Part shown: positions 40,371-50,680 of the stretch, one piece after another
Layout: each line of letters opens with the position of its first letter
Numbering within the stretch: position 1 is the stretch's first letter
Virus record (IMG/VR): IMGVR_UViG_3300032330_002160
Reading direction: 5' to 3' (one strand)
Origin: an uncultured virus (IMG/VR IMGVR_UViG_3300032330_002160)
Lineage: Duplodnaviria; Heunggongvirae; Uroviricota; Caudoviricetes
DNA: 64,000 bases
Translations under genes and position numbers: made by a program
The notes under the pieces: model-generated
Databases searched by the model: none
What the model was told of the DNA's origin: nothing
Seen by the model: the letters and a program-made list of their open reading frames with translations, nothing else

Positions 40371-41317
40371 CATTTTTGTATTCCTTATCACTTTCCTTCT
40401 TTGGACCGACTGTCGATCCTTACACTATTATTCCACACTTGACTGGCTTTTATTTCACGAAACGAAAAAAGTTTTTGCGAAAAAAAAATTTCAAAAATTT
40501 CGTATCTTCACAAACGCTGGCCCGAAAAAGTCGATTTCATACCATTATAAATATATATCTATTTACACCGTTTTAAAAAATTCAAATTTTTTGAATCTTC
40601 ATCAACGCCATGTCTGATATAGCATGCTATCATTTTATATTCGACGGCGGTGGGTTGGCCGATACAAAAATTTCAAAAAAAATTATTTCATTATTTTTAA
40701 ATTCTTCATAATCGGAGGTCGTCAATATTTCGCCAGCTTTGCATATCTGGCGACTTTTTGTACCAATAAAAAAACCGGGTTTTCACCCGGTTAGATATCA
40801 ATTTTACGGATATTTTTTGATATCAAAGAAACTGGATTTTATATTGGTATTCCTTTCATTAATGACAGTTTGGATCGCGTCATGAAACGCATGATAAAAA
40901 GCATCGGTACACAAACTCTCACGCATTTCATTGACAATCATTTCCAATTCAGCATCGGAAAAATCGTCGACTTTATATCCAGACATAGCAAAATCATCAT
41001 CCTCAACAGAACAAATGATATTGTCAGCTATCATGTTATTCATCCTCCCCCATGTCCATAAAATACCAATGACCTTTACAGTCATGATAAGAAATCTTTT
41101 TTCCGCAATTGCCATTTTCAACGGATTGCGCAACTTCTCTCAAAACTTCGACCAAATTGGTCGATTCCTTAAAATTAACTTCAAAAACAAATGTCATTTT
41201 CATTTCCTTTCGTTTTATTCTTCCTACATATATATTCCACACTTGACTGGATTTTATTTCAAAAAAAATTATTTCAAAAATTTTATATCTTCACAAACGC
41301 AAAATACAAAAATAAAA

Positions 41318-41401
41318 ATGGGGACTCCGGGGAAAGGAAAGAAACCCGGAGCCCCCCATAATTCCCCGGTGGAAGGAAAGGAAAGAAAAACCACCGAGGA
41401 A
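41318..41401 (-). ncRNA. double hairpin with UC-rich loops plus U-tract (terminator or putative sRNA)
   Basis: TTCCTCGGTGG/CCACCGGGGAA and GGGGCTCCGGG/CCCGGAGTCCC stems; G-U pairs favour the minus strand. Confidence 0.6.
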
Positions 41402-41415
41402 AATTTCCAGCTATC

Positions 41416-41679
41416 TTATTCTGGCATTGGTCCATCATCATCCGGATCCCCATATGCGGAATCCATAGGCTTATCGCAAATGGTACATTCTAATGTCGGA
41501 CCTTCATAATATACTTGCACACTATGAAGATTATCTAGTTCGTCCTCAACCCCATCGCGAACAATCTTTCTAGCACACGATGGACAGATGATATCACAAT
41601 TGTTAGTCAGATATATAAGGGGATATCCACCCGGCCATGCGCAATCAGGAACTTGCTTCAAACATTCTGCACTAGTCAT
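41416..41679 (-). CDS. small Cys-rich protein
   Basis: AWPGGYP..CPSC..CTIC..SAYG. Confidence 0.7.
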   Translation of the reverse strand: MTSAECLKQVPDCAWPGGYPLIYLTNNCDIICPSCARKIVRDGVEDELDNLHSVQVYYEGPTLECTICDKPMDSAYGDPDDDGPMPE

Positions 41680-42354
41680 ATCCTTCTCCTTACTTTGGTT
41701 TTCCTTACATATACATTCCACACTTCTAGCCAAAAAATTTCACTTTTCCAGAAAAAATATCCCAAATAGAAAACTTTTTATTTTCCAGTTCCTTAATTTT
41801 TACGCGACTATCTTCCATAAACTTAATATATACTTCATTTTGAGCATTGAACATTTCATCTAAAGTGGAAATTTGTAATTCTAACATTCCAACTTTATCT
41901 AACAATTCAGTAACAATTTTTTTAGTTTCTTGATCTTCACATTCTTTTTCAAGACTAGATACGCGGTATTCCAAATCATCAAATTCTGTTTGAGAAACCA
42001 AACCTAAATCATTATTTTGTTCGATTTGATTCTTAAGGGTTTCTTCCACATAGTCCCTAAGGGATTCAATCAGAGTATCTTCAGCGGCCATCTTTCATTC
42101 TCCTTTTTGTTTTCGTTTTCCTTACATACATATTCCACACTTCGCGCTTTAAAATTTCAAAAAAATAAATTTCAATTATTTTTTATCTTCATAAACGCAA
42201 ACTCCCAGTTATCGCGTGCTATCACAATATATTTTGACCGGGATATATAGGCCGATACAAAAAGATATCTGGCTCGCGGGGTCGCTCCATTTGTGAATAT
42301 TTAAAAAATTTTGAAATAAAAAAACGGAGCGCATTGCGCCCCGTCTTAATAGTA

Positions 42355-42579
42355 TTAGATAACAACGATACCGTCAGCTGGTATTTTGCTATACTTATAT
42401 CGCCTGTAATATCCGCCATCGTAATGGATCGGATCTTCTTTTTCGTTTAGTGACATTCTCACCAAAAAACTAGAAAGGTCGATTTCCTCGACGATTCCGA
42501 ACCTTACCCCAAAAGTCTTATCGTATTGATTAAGACAAACTTGGGAACCGACTTTCAACGCATCTTTCCACTTATCCAT
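42355..42579 (-). CDS. small hypothetical protein, paralog of 46520-46738
   Basis: G.RFG.VE, FLV.M, P.HY..G.YR.YK.SKI shared. Confidence 0.7.
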   Translation of the reverse strand: MDKWKDALKVGSQVCLNQYDKTFGVRFGIVEEIDLSSFLVRMSLNEKEDPIHYDGGYYRRYKYSKIPADGIVVI

Positions 42580-42693
42580 GACACACTTCCTTTCTATTAC
42601 TATTCCACACTTACTCGTCAAAAATTTCAAGATCTTTGAAAAATTGCCGAACTAGAACAACCAGTCCGGCAATATATAAAAATTTACCAAAAT

Positions 42694-43425
42694 CTAGCAT
42701 GATCCAGCTACTTTTGGCTTAATATTAAGCTTTTGTAGTGTTGCTATCACTTTCTTCTTTTGGACACCATGAGGCACAAACCCGATAACAGTTTTTGTCC
42801 TAAGAAGGCTATCGCCATTCATGCAGGCGCGGCAGTTTACACATTGCTTGCCTTTGGTAACTTGTGCTGGGCAAGGCAATATTTTGATACCATCTTTGAT
42901 ATATGGCTTAGTGCTATCAAATTCTTCTACGACGATAGCAACTGGATATCCGGCTTGCATGGCCTCTTTCGCGTCAGACACCGTTTCGACACTTGCCAAA
43001 ACCGACTCACCTTGCCAATTTTCAACCCCGACTTTGCGCCAAGCATGAGTGTATGTCCAAGCCTTACGACCTGCTTTCTTTCTATGGCTCCGCATAGCTT
43101 CAGACACTATACGGGCAGCTTCCGGGGTTTTACAGTCGCCGACTGTATGGACCCTGAGGTCCAAATTTCCGCTCAATCCGGAGATAGCTTTTGCTTCTTC
43201 GATAGCAATTGCTTCCGGAGTCTGGCCATTGTAAGCATTATTTAGCTTGCGGCCATGGATAGCTACCATACCGGCTTCCGCATAGCAACCATTACCATAG
43301 TGAGGACAACTGCTATCACATGATTCTTGGGTGGTATATGTAGTGCTAGCTAGGCCAATTTTGTCGTTAAGAGAAACCTCAACGGCAAAGGCGACTCGGT
43401 TTGGATTCACTTTGGATTTTTTCAT
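42694..43425 (-). CDS. Gp88-like Fe-S / radical-SAM-like protein
   Basis: SCDSSCP....CYA, RVHTVGD, WTYTH, ASVE, CPAQ..CVNCRAC, F.PHG. Confidence 0.65.
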   Translation of the reverse strand: MKKSKVNPNRVAFAVEVSLNDKIGLASTTYTTQESCDSSCPHYGNGCYAEAGMVAIHGRKLNNAYNGQTPEAIAIEEAKAISGLSGNLDLRVHTVGDCKTPEAARIVSEAMRSHRKKAGRKAWTYTHAWRKVGVENWQGESVLASVETVSDAKEAMQAGYPVAIVVEEFDSTKPYIKDGIKILPCPAQVTKGKQCVNCRACMNGDSLLRTKTVIGFVPHGVQKKKVIATLQKLNIKPKVAGSC

Positions 43426-44160
43426 TTTTCTTTCCTTTGTTACTTATGGGCTTTCCTTCCCACACTTATATTCCACACTTCGCGGTCGAAAATTTCAAAA
43501 AAAATAATTTCAAAAATATTTTTTCTTCACAATCGCAGAACCCTGATATACCATGCTATCACAATATAGCCCGACCGGCCTATATAGGCCGCTACAAAAA
43601 GATATCAAAAAAAAAGGACCCCGTAGGGTCCTAGACTTAATCCTGTTCGTTTTCTTGCACTATTCGCGTAGTGGTTGTTGTTTTCTTTTCTATGATAGTC
43701 CACCCACCATTTGGTTCTTTCCACTGGCAAAACCTTGAACCTGAACCTAATCTGGCTCTTTGTTCGCGTGCATTAAATATATCATGTGCTTGCTCGAAAC
43801 CCCACCACCAACCTCTGGAATCATAGTATCCAACCTCATACTGTTTATAGCTAACCTCATTCATTTTGCTTTCCTCTTTCATACTTATATTCCACAATTC
43901 GCGGGAAAAAATTTCAAATTTTATTTTCTAGTTTATCTTGAATTCTTTCCAATTCTTCAGCTTTCGCCAATTCGTCAAACATTGGCTGTAAGCTTTTGAT
44001 ATATCTTTCGTAGTCGCGGCTTTCGGCATACATAATGTCGCCAAGATCGGCGCACCATGTTTCCTGACCGTCAAACCCCACGAAAATCGCGGCGTTTGGG
44101 TAATCTGGATCAAAAAATTCTGGATTCTTCAACATTTCAATTTCCTCTTTCCTATACTAT

Positions 44161-44190
44161 TATTCCACACTTCGCGGGGAAAAATTTCAA
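44161..44190 (-). promoter_or_regulatory. representative phage promoter TGAAAT-N15-GTGGAATA
   Basis: About 30 copies between 17.7 and 48.8 kb, nearly all directly upstream of minus-strand RBSs. Confidence 0.85.
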
Positions 44191-44302
44191 AAAAAATAAA
44201 TTTCAAAAATTTTAAATCTTCATAATCGGAGAGGGAGGCGTGATATACCATGCTATCAAAATATACCACTACGAGGATATATCCGGCGATACAAAAAGAT
44301 AG

Positions 44303-44330
44303 CAAAAAAAAAGGGGCCCCGTAGGGCCCC
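44303..44330 (-). terminator. representative cassette terminator (UACG tetraloop)
   Basis: GGGGCCC-TACG-GGGCCCC plus T-run; variants near 43616, 44733, 45369, 45998, 46947, 47310, 48848. Confidence 0.85.
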
Positions 44331-46519
44331 AGACTTCTAATCTCGCAATCTCAATTCACAAATCGGCTTACCTTCTTTGTCATCAAAATATATATTAGTC
44401 TCAGAAGAGATTCCATTATTCATCTCAAGCTCAATTCCAACTATATCCTCAACCAACTTTGTAAGCTCTTCATCAGTATGTTCTATACCAGCTGAGAAAT
44501 ACCAGCAAGTTCTATATACATCGTTAACTTCCCAACCATCTTCGCTATTCCCCCATACATCGTAGCTATAAAGGCGATACTGGGCAGATTTCGTCAAATT
44601 GATCATCTTTCTTTCCTCTTAAGACTAAACTTTCCTCACACTTATATTCCACAGATCGCGGGCAAAAATTTCACTAAAAAAAATTTCAAAAAAGTTTTTT
44701 CTTCACAATCGGAAAAATATTTAAAAAAAATAGGCCCCGTAGGGCCTGTATATCTTAATCAATCCAACTAAACTCTTCTGGCTCTTCATCGCCATAAGAA
44801 GTATCATTCTTTCTATCCCACATTAGCTTACAAAATCTTTTGATATCATCTTTTGTCTGGAATTCATCTCCGATATCTTCGCGATCATAACATTCCACGA
44901 TGATATCACCACAATTAAAATAATTCTTTTGGGCAATTTCCATTACTTCTTCATATGTCATGCTAAACTCCCTTTATCTTTGAATATCCATTCAATACAA
45001 AACTATTCTGGCTCTTTATCGCCATTCTCTCTTTTTTTATTGTCAATAGAATCAGCAAAATTAACTATCTGTTTTGCAATTTTTCTAGCAACATTCGGCG
45101 AAAAAATAAAATTGTGTATGCTAACACTTTCACCGATGGATTGAATGGTAATATCATCACCATCATTGTCTCTAAAACAGCTATACATGTTTTTTCCTTT
45201 TTAGTGTCAATTGCCTTACAATACTATTCCACACTTCGCGTGATTTTATTTCACAAAAAAATAATTTCAAAAATTTTAAATCTTCACAATCGCTGGAATT
45301 CATGATATAGCATGCTATCACAATATATCGACGGATGGATATTGGCTGATATCACAAGCAATAAAAAAAGGGGCCCCGTAGGGCCCCGTATATCACCATT
45401 CAATCAGTTCTCTTTTTGTTTTCATTTCCTTCCGCCTATCATTCTTGTGCTTGAACACTTTACCTTTTGGTATATTTTTATGTCCTGTTGGGACTTCAAA
45501 AATTTTCACTTTTGTATTAACCTTGAACTTACTCATATATCTTTTCCTTTCGTTCTACCCTATGAATGCTAGCATTATATAGCTTCTCATGAACCCATGC
45601 CTTGAATACATCTTGATATCTTTCTTGAGCGATTTTAACATTTTCGGTAGCTTTGACTATCTGGAGGAAAAATCCCTCGCCACGAAAATAGTTATCATTT
45701 GCTTTCAGTAGAGCTTTCTCCGCTTCGCGGACTTCGGCCATTCTCTTGAAATATTCTGTTTCAATATCACTCATTTTCTTTTCCTTTGTTGTTATCATCT
45801 TCCCACACTATTATTCCACACTTCCCGTAAAAAAATTTCAAAAAAAATAAATTTCAAAAATTTTATTTCTTCACAATCGGAGGCGGATTTTTCGCGTGCT
45901 ATCACAATATATTCGACGGATATATATTGGCTAGCTCAATCTAGCCAGTTATATCGGTCTATATCAACTGATATCAAAAAAACTGGGCACAAAAAAAGGG
46001 CCCCGTAGGGCCCCTGACTATGCTTTACCTATCAAATAGCATCTTTTTGATTCTCTGCGATATATCTCGCTAACAATATAATTTATTTCATCTTGATAGT
46101 ATCCATTGTTTGGATTCTCCGGATATGCTTTGATAGCTTCCCGACAATCCTTTGCGATATATCGAAGCATATTGTCGCTTAACTTGCGCAAAGACTTGGG
46201 ATAGTTTTTGTGATCCATAACCTTATTCATTTTCACTTTCCTTTTCCTTTTTAGTTCTCAATTCCTTACACTAGTATTCCACACTTCGCGACTAAAAATT
46301 TCACGAAAAAAAAATTTCTGGAAAAAAATTTTCTTCACAATCGCATAACTCGCGTGCTATCGCAGTATATCCGACAGATATATATTGGATAGCACAATCT
46401 GGCAAACTATATCAAGTTATATATGTGTATATCATCTGATATATTAATATATCAAATGATAATTTTACGGGGCGATATAGGGCGATACAAAAAGATATCA
46501 CCCCATACCTTTTGTTATT

Positions 46520-46738
46520 TTAGATCAGCACGATATCTTCAGGCTTGATCTTGCTAGCTTTGTAAAGCCGATATTCACCATCATTGTAATGCAAAGGATA
46601 TCCTTCCCTATCTTCTTGCATTTTCACCAAAAATGTTCCATTGTGAACACTTTCGACAAAACCGAACCGGATTCCCACGATTCCGTCATATTCCCTAATG
46701 CAAACCATTTGACCAGATTTGATATCCAAAGTTACCAT
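46520..46738 (-). CDS. small hypothetical protein, paralog of 42355-42579
   Basis: Shared motifs; AAAGGAAAG RBS. Confidence 0.7.
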   Translation of the reverse strand: MVTLDIKSGQMVCIREYDGIVGIRFGFVESVHNGTFLVKMQEDREGYPLHYNDGEYRLYKASKIKPEDIVLI

Positions 46739-48881
46739 TTTCTTTCCTTTCAAACTTCCTTACTTTCAATCTTCCTATCTATATTCCCCATTGGGAGCCA
46801 AAAAATTTCACGAAAACAAAAAAATTTTTTTCGCGAAAAAATTTCAAAAATTTTAAAATCTTCACAAACGCCGCCCTTATATAAAAAGATATCATTTGCT
46901 ATTCTTACGGGGATATATTGGGCTATACAGATATATCAAAAAATATAGGGGCCCCGTAGGGCCCCAGTTTGCTATCTTGCGATTTCTGCGTATATCTCTT
47001 GCATTATCGCGTTTTTGCAATCCTCACAAACGCTATCTCCTGCACATTCGCGATAGCATTCGCTACAAATTTCAATCGTCGCTTCCCAATTCTTAACAAT
47101 TTCCATTTTCGTTTCCTTTCCTTTAAAATTTTCTTTCCTATATATATTCCCCACTTCCTGCCCAAAAATTTCAAGAAAAAAATTATTTCTTGAGAGATAT
47201 ATAGATCATAGCAAAACCTGCAAACAACATATAGGTAGATATCACTGGGAGAACAAAGATAGCAATCGCAAGCAAAGATAACAACATATATTCCCCTCTG
47301 GAAAAATAAGGGCCCCTTAGGGCCCCTTGATATCACCTTCTAGAAGTATCCTTCATAATCATATCCGATGTTATATTTTGCCTCATTGAGGATGATATCT
47401 TTTATAGCGGATTGTAACCAAATGTTATCTTTGTAAGCAGGCTCTATCCAAATTTCTGGTTTGCTATCTTCTTCTGCAAAGTATTCGATATGTGCTTTCA
47501 CCACATATTGATCTGCTTGCATTTCAATGCAAGCTATATCGGATTCTAGCCGATTGAACTTAAAAATTTCACGCCATGTCACTTTATATTTTACTGTTGT
47601 AGTCATTGTCATTTTCCTTTTTACTTTCCTTTTCAATCTTCCTACTTATATTCCCCATTACGGGCCCAAAAATTTCACGAAAACAAAAAAAATTTTTTCG
47701 CGAGAAAATTTCAAAAATTTTAAAATCTTCACAATCGGAGGCCCATATATCGCGTGCTATCACACTATAGCCAACCAATATATATAGGCTAGCACAAGCT
47801 GGCAACTTATATCGAACTATATCGTTGTATATCAGTTGATATATATAGCTATCATTTGCTACCCCTTACGGGGATATATTGGGCTATCCAAAGATAACCC
47901 GTGATATCCAAACCTTACACTCGATTGTGAACTATAAGGAATAGCTGCTCGATATATTTCTTCATCTCTTTTGCTATCTTAACACTATCATCAGATGTCA
48001 CCTGATATCCAGCTTCGATATTCTTTGCTATGTTTGATAGCTTCTTAGCTGTCCAAGCATCGAAGCCTACACTATTTTTTAACATTGTATCACCTACTGC
48101 CTTTTCCATAGCAGTTTGCTTATTCCAGATAGCCATGAATGCTTCTTGCGTGAAAGAGATATCTTTCCCTAGCACTTCGCGACATTTGGACTGGAACCGG
48201 GTAAGGCTAGAAAAATATTTCATATCTTGCAATTTCATTTTACTTTCCTTTTTACTTTCCGTTTCTTTCCTACTTATATTCCCCACTAGTGGCCCAAAAA
48301 TTTCACAAAAAAAAATAATTTCATAAACGCCGCCTTGATATCATTTGATATATAGTGATAGCAAATGCTACGCCTTACGGAGATATATTGGGCTATCCAA
48401 GTATATCCCGAGATATCATTTGAAATACTTGGCAAAGATTTGCTTATCCTTCTTTGCCTGTTCGATAATTTGTTCGCTTGATAGCGGTTTCATCACATTG
48501 TGATGTATCATTACAGTCAAAGATATAATTGAAGCTATAGTGATAGCACTTACACCAATTGCGATATAGAATTCTTTCATTGTCATTCTCCTTTATATCT
48601 ATTGTGTAATTTCGAGAGAAAACTCTTGCTGTTGATCTACTGTTATAGGTCGATGACGATAAATATATCTATTGCCATCAGTCTCGCGAATCCAGTCGCC
48701 GTTGATATCCTCAATCCAGAAGGTGCTATCAACAGATGTATCGGGGTTGATTTTGTATCGCATTTCCATTTTCCTATTCCCTTGCTTTCCTACTTATTAT
48801 TCCCACTACTTGCCCAACAATTTCAGAAAAAAAATAATTTTCTAAAATGGGCCCCCGAAGGGGCCCAGATATCTTTTGTTA

Positions 48882-49352
48882 TTACTGAGCAAGCATCTCT
48901 TGCACTTGTTCTATCCTACGGCATACTGTGCTAGTGGAAAGACCGGTGATTTCCGCAATTTCAAACCCTTTATAACCTGATATCATAAGATTGCCAATCA
49001 TACCGAGTTCGGTATCTGGATTTAAGCGACTGATAGCGTCATTAAGCAGGACTTGTCCTAAGGTAGAATCCTTACGGGAAACAGCGTCGATATCTGTTTC
49101 GCCTGATTTGCTATAGATTGATCGCCTTTCCTTAGAGCGAGCTATCTTTTGTGTACCATGCTTAACACCGATACGGAGAATGCCATATGTCAAAGGGATA
49201 TCTTTCTCTAGACAGTCCACCAAACAATTTTGAAGGATATCTTCCATTTGTTGAGCTGCCATTTTGGCAGGAACTCCCTTTGCCACAAGCATACCAATGA
49301 TAGCCTTTTGAGCCTTGACGATATCCATCGAACCGTTTGCAAGAGTAGCCAT
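48882..49352 (-). CDS. divergent sigma-like / HTH transcription factor
   Basis: EDILQ region-2-like segment; GYKGFEIAEITGLSTSTVCRRI HTH; first gene of the leftward arm. Confidence 0.7.
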   Translation of the reverse strand: MATLANGSMDIVKAQKAIIGMLVAKGVPAKMAAQQMEDILQNCLVDCLEKDIPLTYGILRIGVKHGTQKIARSKERRSIYSKSGETDIDAVSRKDSTLGQVLLNDAISRLNPDTELGMIGNLMISGYKGFEIAEITGLSTSTVCRRIEQVQEMLAQ

Positions 49353-49410
49353 TTTTCGTTTCCTTTTTACTTTCCTTAAGGTTTCCGAACTGTTCGTTAA
49401 CCTTATACTA

Positions 49411-49440
49411 GTATTATCGTCATTTAGTCCCGAATTGCAA
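49411..49440 (-). promoter_or_regulatory. possible host sigma70-type promoter
   Basis: TTGCAA-N16-GATAAT; lacks the phage GGAATA motif. Confidence 0.5.
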
Positions 49441-49776
49441 TAGGAAAAACGCCCAAAAATATTTTTTTCAAAAGATTTTTTTTCGCGCCTAAAAAGACCA
49501 AAATGGTGGACGATATTTGAGACCGGGTTTGTGTTTGATATCACTTGTCGCGTGAATTTATTAGACTATATAGCGAGTTAACAATGTATATCAACTGATA
49601 TCATGCTATATCAACATATATGGGTATATATCTTTTGATATCAAATGATATCTGGCGGCCTGCTGGCCGCCGGGGGTACATTCTCAACAAGCCCCCATCA
49701 AAAAAAATGTATTACTCAACATATCTTAGTCAATCTTAACGTTGCAAAGTAGTGTATTATCTGATGGAGGATACTT

Positions 49777-49938
49777 ATGAAAATTGAATCAATGTTATTC
49801 TATGTTCTGCTAATAGTTTCACCTTTTGTTTCCTACAACAATGGTGTCAACGTAGAAAGAAAGCGAATAATTAAGATAATTGAACAAATCGCCCCAAAAG
49901 AATCTGCAAGCGAAATAATTAATGATATATTAAAATAG
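49777..49938 (+). CDS. 53-aa TM peptide
   Basis: GGAGG RBS; AGTGTATT upstream; manual translation MKIESMLFYVLLIVSPF... Confidence 0.6.
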   Translation: MKIESMLFYVLLIVSPFVSYNNGVNVERKRIIKIIEQIAPKESASEIINDILK

Positions 49939-49947
49939 GAGTAAAAA

Positions 49948-50100
49948 ATGCAACCACTCGCCACCGAAGTAACGGCCAAAGCAACGGCAGAGCTAACCGC
50001 CCAAATAGAAAACGAACTAACTATCCCAACGCCTTCCTCTCCAGACGAGATTGCGAGAGCGATCTCCTCCAACATTATTTCTGTCGAAGGACAGGTGTAA
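49948..50100 (+). CDS. 50-aa hypothetical protein
   Basis: AGGAG RBS; MQPLATEVTAKATAEL... Confidence 0.6.
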   Translation: MQPLATEVTAKATAELTAQIENELTIPTPSSPDEIARAISSNIISVEGQV

Positions 50101-50101
50101 A

Positions 50102-50680
50102 TTGTGCCTACCCTCTTTTGTAAATGAGGGCGAGTTCCTGCGAGCCGTCGAAGACGCATCCAACCTTCTCGCCAAATCCTTTGCGTTTGGTTATTACGAT
50201 GAAGACGATATGCGCCAGCAAGCATATCTTTTTGCATTGGAAGCGTCATGGGACAAATATGACAATAAGCGTCCTTTAGCAAATTTCTTATATTCCCACA
50301 TCAAAAACAGATTCATCAATTTCAAGAGGGACAAGTTTCACCGAAACGATCCGCCTTGCACATTGTGCTCAACAGGTATAGGCCATGAGGGCGGAGCCCT
50401 CTGCAAAAAATATATTACATGGCGGGACCGCAACGCTTCAAAAAGAAATTTAATGAAGCCGGATGAGTTTGAAGAATACGCTGTTCCAGCGCCATTAAAG
50501 GGAAATAGTGAGTATGATATGATAGATATACATGAGGTTGATGAAATGATTGATGTTCATCTACCCGTTGAGCTTCGCTCAATTTACCTTCGCTTGAAAA
50601 GCGGCGATGCCGTTAGTAAGTCTAAGAGAGAGTTGTTATTGATTGCTATAAGGGGGATTGTCAGTGGCGGAAATGACTAA
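50102..50680 (+). CDS. sigma-70-like factor with Cys-rich insert
   Basis: EDDMRQQA...KYD..RPL.NFLY.HIKNR..NFKRD region 2; CTLC...C insert; TTG start inferred. Confidence 0.8.
   Translation: MCLPSFVNEGEFLRAVEDASNLLAKSFAFGYYDEDDMRQQAYLFALEASWDKYDNKRPLANFLYSHIKNRFINFKRDKFHRNDPPCTLCSTGIGHEGGALCKKYITWRDRNASKRNLMKPDEFEEYAVPAPLKGNSEYDMIDIHEVDEMIDVHLPVELRSIYLRLKSGDAVSKSKRELLLIAIRGIVSGGND

Larger units (their letters stand above)
38395..49440 (-). repeat. array of about 18 small-gene cassettes with conserved intergenic spacers
   Basis: Recurring TATTCCAC..AAATTTCA, TCTTCAYAAWCG, GTGCTATCACAATAT, GGCCGATACAAAAAGATATC and GGGGCCCCGTAGGGCCCC blocks. Confidence 0.9.

Noticed and set aside
40931..41509. 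192-aa plus-strand ORF
   Set aside because: Crosses minus-strand genes, a promoter and hairpins; no motifs
38395..49440. True integron
   Set aside because: No IntI in the window, no GTTRRRY cores seen, and cassettes have their own promoters
49353..49544. N-terminal extension of the sigma-like ORF
   Set aside because: Spans the promoter; the RBS lies just before ATG 49352
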